A stretch of DNA of 64,000 nucleotides from Leucoraja erinacea (taxonomy: Eukaryota): the NCBI RefSeq assembly GCF_028641065.1, contig NC_073412.1, forward strand, positions 7,502,001-7,566,000. Direction: 5' to 3'. Under the pieces are notes generated by a model that made no database searches, was not told the DNA's origin, and saw nothing but the letters and a program-made list of their open reading frames with translations. The stretch's first letter is position 1, and the number at the start of each line of letters is the position of its first letter. Positions 57,871 to 64,000 of this stretch are shown in pieces. The position numbers and the translations under genes were made by a program.

Positions 57871-58253
57871 TGGGAAGGGACGAATTGACCAGGAATTGAC
57901 CACAATTCCTTGTTTTTACACTCAGTCCACAGATGCTGTCTGACCTGCTGGGCATGCCCAATATTTTCAGATTTTCTAAAAAAATATGTACACTTTTGAG
58001 TCGCCCAGCAGGTCAGGCAGCATCTCTGCAGAAAAGGAATAGCTGACATTTTGGTCTGAATACGTCTGAAGAAGGGTCTGGATCTGAAACATTACCTATT
58101 CCTTTTCTCCAGAGATGCTGTCGGACCCACTGAGTTCCTCCAGCATTCTGTATCTATCTTTGTTGTAAACCACCATCTGCAGTTCCTTGGTATACACAAA
58201 ATTCTGGAGTAACTCAGTGGGTCAGGCAGCTCCTCTGGAGAGAAGGAATGGGT

Positions 58254-58281
58254 GACGTTTCGGGTCGAGACCCTTCTTCAG
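58254..58281 (-). ncRNA. minimal hammerhead ribozyme core
   Basis: CTGAAGA-A-GGGTCTCGACCC-GAAACGTC. Confidence 0.7.
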
Positions 58282-58589
58282 TTCCTTGCTACATATATAC
58301 TTTTGAGCACGTGTATGATTAAAATGTAAAAATTAATGTATTGTCTTATCATTTGCACACTTGGACCCATTGTTAAGAATGCATCTTATGATCATTACCT
58401 TAAATAACTTGATATTTCTGCATACTTTGCTCTGCTACCCAATCTAGACTTATTTTCCAAAAAAGCAGCGATCTCCCTGTTGAAATACACGGGGATAATG
58501 AGTATTAAGCCCAGAGCAACGCCTTTATTGTAGTGCATGCGAGGGTAACAGGGAGAGTAAACTTTGCACCCAGAGGCTGCAGGTTGACC

Positions 58590-59070
58590 CGGGACAGTGA
58601 CGCGCCGGTTGCTAGGGCTCCCCGGGCCGCGTTGCTATGGGGCCGGGGCGCGACGCCCTGAGGGGCCGAAGGGCCTCCTGTCCGCCGCCAAGGAGCGGCC
58701 GGCGGCTGCTGAGGGGAGTCCCGGCCGCACCCACCCCCCCGTTACCGGGGTCCCGGGACCCCAAGCCGCCCCCGCCGCCGCCGCCCCACTCACCTGACGC
58801 CCGCCCTCACCCACCGCGCAGCCGCAGCCCCGGCGCCCGGCGCCGCGTCACCATGGCAACCGGACGCTCGCCCTGATTGGCCCGACCATCCGCCCCGCCA
58901 TTGGTGGATCTCGACCCGCGGCGCTGATTGGCCGTCCGGTCACACAGACCCTGCTGCCATTGGTCGTCACGCTGAAGGCAGTACCCCATTGGTCAAGGCT
59001 TCCTCCTATCACGGCCCTGAGCCATTTTAATTGTGATTGGCTAATTGGTCTGCATGGGTTGGGATTGGAA
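58590..59070 (-). promoter_or_regulatory. TTLL13 CpG-island promoter and non-coding exon 1, with RFX X-box and CCAAT cluster
   Basis: X-box GTTGCCATGGTGAC at 58847-58860; CAG/GTGAGT donor at 58794/58793; eight CCAAT boxes 58876-59067. Confidence 0.75.
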
Positions 59071-59304
59071 ATATTGTCTGTCCATTCAGATTCAGATTCA
59101 GATTCAATTTTAATTGTCATTGTCAGTGTACAGTACAGAGACAACGAAATGCATTGCCTCCATATTTTATCTCTGTTTGCTTTGTTGTTAACTTCTCCCA
59201 GCTAACAATGATCTAATCTACATTTTCCTTGATCTTCATTCACTTTGTCCTATTTTCACACCTTGCACTTCCTTGTATCTCCCTCTCCCCTGACATCAGT
59301 CTGA

Positions 59305-59610
59305 AACATAGAAAATAGGTGCAAGAGTAGGCCATTCGGCCCTTCGAGCCTGCAACGCCCATTCAATATGATCATGGCTGATCATCCAACTCAGTATCCC
59401 ATCCCTGCCTTCTCTCCATACCCCCTGATCCCTTTAGCCACAAGGGCCACATCTAACTCCCTCGTAAATATACCCAATGAACTGGTCTCAACTACCTTCT
59501 GTGGCAGAAAATTTCACAGATTCACCACTCTCTGTGTGAAAAATGTTTTCCTCATCTCGGTCCTAAAATATTTCCCCCTTATCCTTAAATTGTGACCCTT
59601 GTTCTGGAAG
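59305..59610 (-). mobile_element. CR1/HER1-like LINE 3' fragment
   Basis: Matches other CR1 tails in the window. Confidence 0.85.
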
Positions 59611-60016
59611 AAGGGTCCCGAACCGAAACGTCACCCATTCCTTCTCTCCAGAGATGCTGCCTGTCCCGTTGAGTTACTCCAGCATTTTGTGTCTATCTTC
59701 GGCTTAAACCAGTATCTGCAGTTCCTTCCTACCCAATGGATGTCGAAATCTGTTTGTGGAAAATGAATCATGAAAGAAGAATTCTTCATACATGAGGGTT
59801 TAGGACCTGGTGGTGGATGTTCACTAGTGATTAAATCTTGATGTGGAAAGTTGAAAGGATAAGATCTGGAGAGGGGAGATATTTATATCTGCCATTTGAA
59901 TGGGCCCAGAGTGGAGAAGGATGACTCTTCATCAATGAATGGATCTGGTTTTGAGGACTGGAAGGGGATCATGGCTTGCAGGGAGTTAGGGATGTTCAAT
60001 GATCAGGATGCAGTAT

Positions 60017-60465
60017 CGCAGCAGCGCCTTTACTTTCTGAGGAGGCTTAAGAAAGCTCACCTGTCCCCCCAGATCCTGTCCAACTTCTACCGCTGTACCA
60101 TCGAAAGCATCCTGACCACCTGCTTCACGGTATGGTACAGCAGTTGCACCGCAGCTGACAGGAAGGCACTGCAACGGGTGGTGAAAACCGCTCAGCACAT
60201 CATCGGTGCCCCGCTCCCTACAATGCATTTCGTTGTCTCTGTACTGTACACTGACAATGACAATTAAATTGAATCTGAATCTGAATCTGAATCTGATGCC
60301 CTCCACCGAAAACGGTGTCTGAGACGGGCCGGGAAAATCATCAAGGACCCTTCCCACACTAACCATGGACTGTTTGTCCTCCTCCCATCAGGGAGGCGGT
60401 ACAGGAGCCTCAGGTCTCGCACAAGCAGGCTGAGGAACAGCTTTTTCAATAACACCATTACACTG
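60017..60465 (+). mobile_element. Rex1/Babar-like LINE ORF2 C-terminal fragment interrupted by a younger Rex-type tail (60222-60296)
   Basis: QQRLYFLRRLKKAHLSPQILSNFYRCTIESILT...LQRVVKTAQHIIG, resuming after the insert with HGLFVLLPSGRRYRSLRSRTSRLRNSFF. Confidence 0.85.
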
Positions 60466-60830
60466 TTCCCCGTAAATGGAGATTGGGGCGTATTCTCCAT
60501 TATGGGGACCTCCTGAAGTCAATAATCAGCTCCTTGGTCTTGGAGGTGTTTAGTGACAAGTTGTTACATGCGCGCGCACCAGTCCGCCAGGTTCTGCACC
60601 TCCGCCCTGTATTTTGTTTTGAATTGAATTGAATTCAATTTATGTGTGAAGTGTTTTAAATTTCATGTGCGATGCTCCGCTATTCACTGGGAAACGTCTT
60701 TTCATTTTGCACTGTAACAACTGTTGCTTGCAAGATGACAATAAAGGTTGATTGGATTGAATTAATAGAGTTGCTGTCTTACAGCGCCAGAGTTAAATCA
60801 GGACTATATGTGCTGTACACTCCAAAGACA

Positions 60831-60927
60831 GGGGGGGGAGGGGCAGGAGGAGGGGGGGGGGTGGGGGAGGGGGAGGGGGAGAGGGGAGGGGGCGTGACGT
60901 GACGTGACGTGGCCAAGATGGCGGCGC
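60831..60927 (+). promoter_or_regulatory. GDPGP1 proximal promoter: G-tract, tandem TGACGT (CRE-like) sites and YY1-like CAAGATGGCGGC at the start codon
   Basis: Direct motif reading. Confidence 0.55.
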
Positions 60928-62384
60928 CCATGGAGCGCGGTTCGGGGCCGGCAGACGACGCTCGGACCGGGCAGGACGAGCAGGAAAGCCCGAGGCCGGA
61001 GCCGCCTTTCGTGTACACGGAGCGGGACTTCATCCGGAGCGGCGTCGGGTGGTCGGGGCCGGGGTCGGGGTCGGGGTCCCGCCTGGACCGGGCCCTGTTG
61101 TCGGCCTGGGCCCGGCGCTTGGCTGCCGGCTGTTTCCGATACCCGCTGCGGGGGCCCGAGATACCGAGCCGGGAGCTGCCGGGGCCCCGCCGCCTGCTGG
61201 CGCAGCTCAACACCCAGCGGGCCAGCCAGCGCCGCCCGCCGCAGACCATCGCCGGCCTCCGGCAGCCCTTCGACCCGCAGCGCTTCAACTTCACCCGCGT
61301 CCCCGCCCGGGAGATCCTCTTCCCGCTGCGCCGGGGCGGGGGGACCGAGGCCCGGGTCGGTGGCCAGCCCGATCCCGGGGCCCCACCTGAGGCCCAGGCA
61401 GGAGCTCAGCCCGAGGCTCAGGTCCAGGTTGGGGTCCAAACTAATCCCGGGGGTGTGGCCGACGTCAGGCCTCTGTCTGAGGCCAAGGACCAAGCGCATT
61501 CCGGGGCCCGAACTGATCCAGGGGCCCAGCCCCAAACCCAGGTCAAGCCTGAGGCCCAAGCTGGGCCTCTGTCCGATCCCTGGACCCTGCACGAGGGCCA
61601 GAACCAGGCCAATGCTCGGCCCGAGGACCGAGCCCATTCCCGGGCCCAACTTGACCCCGATCCCCTGCCCGAGGCGGAGCAGGACGCCCTGCTGATCATC
61701 AACGACAGCCCGCTGGAGCAGGGCCACGTCCTGCTGGTGCCGGAGCCGGAGAAGCTGCTACCGCAGACACTTACGCGGGCCTCGGTACTCCGGGCTCTGG
61801 AGCTGGTCTTGCTGAGCTCTGACCCGGCCTTCCGGGTGGGATTCAACAGCCTGGGGGCCTTCGCCTCGGTCAACCACTTGCACCTGCATGGCTTCTACCT
61901 GCGGCACCGGCTGGAGGTGGAGTGGGCCCCCACCGAGCCGCTAGGTGTAAACGGGGCTGGGGCCCTTGTCCACCGGCTGTGCGGCCACTACACCCGGGCC
62001 CTGGTGCTGTACTCGGACGGCGGGGACTATGAGGAGGTGGCAGACACTCTGCTCGCCATCATCCACCTGCTGCTGGATCGCTCGGTGGCCCACAACCTGC
62101 TCCTGACCCGGGGCTGTGCACTGGGGCCACAGCCCCCAGACCCCGACTCCCGGGACGGGGTGAGGCTCATCCTGTGGCCCCGCCGTTCCTGCTTCGGCGC
62201 CAAGGACGGCTCGGCCTTTAACGTGGCATTTTGCGAGCTGGCCGGCTTCCTGCCCGTGAAAACGGCCCCGGACTTCGAGACTCTAACCGAGGAGTCGGCG
62301 CTGCGGATAATCGGGGAGCATCTGCTGCCGGCCGAGGAGTTCCAGCAGCTGTGCGCTGAAATAACGGGACTCTCGCTGCACTGA
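60918..62384 (+). CDS. GDPGP1: GDP-D-glucose phosphorylase 1 (HIT-superfamily, VTC2-like), single coding exon, 488 aa
   Basis: AQLNTQRASQRRPPQ, QPFDPQRFNF, INDSPLEQGHVLLVP, FRVGFNSLGAFASVNHLHLHGFY (HIT HxHxH motif), FNVAFCELAG; AAGATGG Kozak context. Confidence 0.96.
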   Translation: MAAPMERGSGPADDARTGQDEQESPRPEPPFVYTERDFIRSGVGWSGPGSGSGSRLDRALLSAWARRLAAGCFRYPLRGPEIPSRELPGPRRLLAQLNTQRASQRRPPQTIAGLRQPFDPQRFNFTRVPAREILFPLRRGGGTEARVGGQPDPGAPPEAQAGAQPEAQVQVGVQTNPGGVADVRPLSEAKDQAHSGARTDPGAQPQTQVKPEAQAGPLSDPWTLHEGQNQANARPEDRAHSRAQLDPDPLPEAEQDALLIINDSPLEQGHVLLVPEPEKLLPQTLTRASVLRALELVLLSSDPAFRVGFNSLGAFASVNHLHLHGFYLRHRLEVEWAPTEPLGVNGAGALVHRLCGHYTRALVLYSDGGDYEEVADTLLAIIHLLLDRSVAHNLLLTRGCALGPQPPDPDSRDGVRLILWPRRSCFGAKDGSAFNVAFCELAGFLPVKTAPDFETLTEESALRIIGEHLLPAEEFQQLCAEITGLSLH

Positions 62385-63016
62385 AGGCCCGGCTTCATTC
62401 AATGAGAGACGCAGCATGGAAACAGGCCCATGGAGTCCAAGCCGCCAAATGATCACTAATTTACACTAGTTCTATGTTATTCCCACATTCACATCAACTA
62501 GGGGCAATTTACAGAGGCCAATAGACCTACAAACCATAGATACAAACAACTGCAGATGCCAATGTACAAAAGAAATCCACAAAATGCTGAAATGACTCTG
62601 TGCCTTGGTCAGCATGGATGTGATGGGCTGAAGGACCTGTTTCCCTGATGCATGACTCTCTGATTCTAACTAACTAACTACCACTGTACTGTCTACTTCA
62701 AGACACACAAGACCAAACTTTCTTCGCCCAAATACTTGGGTCGGTGTGGGCCAAAGAACTGGAAACCACTCAATGAGAGTTTCACCTGAACCGATGATGA
62801 GGGATTGCTACTTCCAACACTTGACTAGAAACACTTGAACAATATGGAAAAAGGGGAAGGAGAGTTGGAGGAAACTCTCCCCATGGCACTCTCACTCTGC
62901 ATTTGATTGTTTGAAACAAAAATAGAAAATACTGGAAACTCAGCTGGATAGGAGGACTTGTGGGGGGGGAGGAGTGAAGTAGTCAATATTTCATGTCAAA
63001 GACTCTTCTCTGTTTC

Positions 63017-63545
63017 TGGGCGGCACAGTGGCTGCTGGAGCTGCTGCCTCACACTGCCAGACCCGGGTTTGATTCAAACCTCAGCTGTTGTCTGTGCGGA
63101 GTTTGCACATTCTCCCTGTGACCACGTGGGTTTCATAGAAACATAGAAAATAGGTGCAGGAGGAGGCCATTCGGCCCTTCGAGCCAGCACCGCCATTCAT
63201 TGTGATCATGGCTGATCGTCTCCTATCAATAACCCGTGCCTGCCTTCTCCCCATATCCCTTGACTCCACTGGCCCCTAGAGCTCTATCTAACTCTCGTAA
63301 ATCCATCCAGTGATTTGGCCTCCACTGCCCTCTGTTGCAGGGAATTCCATAAATTCACAACTCTCTGGGTGAAAAAGTTTCTCTCACCTCCCACGTCCCA
63401 AAGACGTGCGGATTTGTAGGTTAATTGGTGTGTCCAGAGTGCAATCGAAAGTGGGATAACATAGAACTAGTGTGAATGGGTGATTGGTGATCAGCATGGA
63501 CTTGATGGGCTTAAAGCAACCGTTTCCATGCTGTATCTCTAAAAA
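63017..63545 (+). mobile_element. HE1-like SINE interrupted by an inverted CR1 3' fragment (63135-63390)
   Basis: SINE head and tail flank a CR1 tail. Confidence 0.78.
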
Positions 63546-64000
63546 TATGTGGCTTGACCAGTTGAATATTTACAGAATTTTCTAAGTTTGTTTTAGACTT
63601 TCAGCATCAGCAGTTTTTATTAACCTTTCACTCACTCGTTTGAAGTTGGTGTCGACTGTGGAACATGGTATCTTCAAAGGAAAACTGTTTATAATAAACT
63701 GTGCCAGGATTGGATTTGAAAAACTGCAGATGCTGGAAATCTGCACAACATTGGAGAATGCTGATGGTATTGAGCAGGTTAGGTAGCATCTGTGGAGAAA
63801 CACACATTTTATATCAATGACCTGACAAAAGATTAATATGGCATTGATTGTTGAGTTCCTAAATTTATGAAGCCTCCTCTGAACCCACCATTTTAAACTC
63901 TTTCAGCAATCTGTCTGAACCATTGTGCAATTCAATAAATTACTGATTTGACAATAGACAATAGGTGCAGGAGTAGGCCATTCAGCCCTTCATGCCAGCA

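Noticed and set aside
60779-61873. Long alternative-frame and antisense ORFs (307, 263, 171, 151 aa) over GDPGP1
   Set aside because: Shadow ORFs of a very GC-rich, repetitive CDS; no recognisable protein features.

Overview
Vertebrate genomic DNA, most likely a cartilaginous fish (skate/ray; inferred from HE1-like SINEs and HER1/CR1-like LINEs). Four protein-coding genes were reconstructed by hand with frame-consistent GT-AG exons: HDDC3/MESH1 (minus, 4 exons, 180 aa), NGRN/neugrin (minus, 3 exons, 308 aa), a TTLL13/TTLL6-type tubulin polyglutamylase (minus, 15 coding exons, ~899 aa, plus four candidate extra exons) and GDPGP1 (plus, single coding exon, 488 aa with a ~116-aa insertion). TTLL13 and GDPGP1 are head-to-head; the TTLL13 promoter has an RFX X-box and a CCAAT cluster. 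Introns are packed with CR1 and Rex1/Babar LINE ends, SINEs and MITEs. The most striking non-genic signal is a very abundant Penelope-like-element (PLE) terminal module carrying a minimal hammerhead-ribozyme core (CUGAnGA-stem II-GAAACGU[C/U]). It occurs linked to GIY-YIG remnants, as short palindromic non-coding inserts with 13-16 bp target-site duplications, as a 53-bp tandem array, and in the predicted TTLL13 3'UTR. Repeat family names come from recall, not database searches, and repeat boundaries are approximate.
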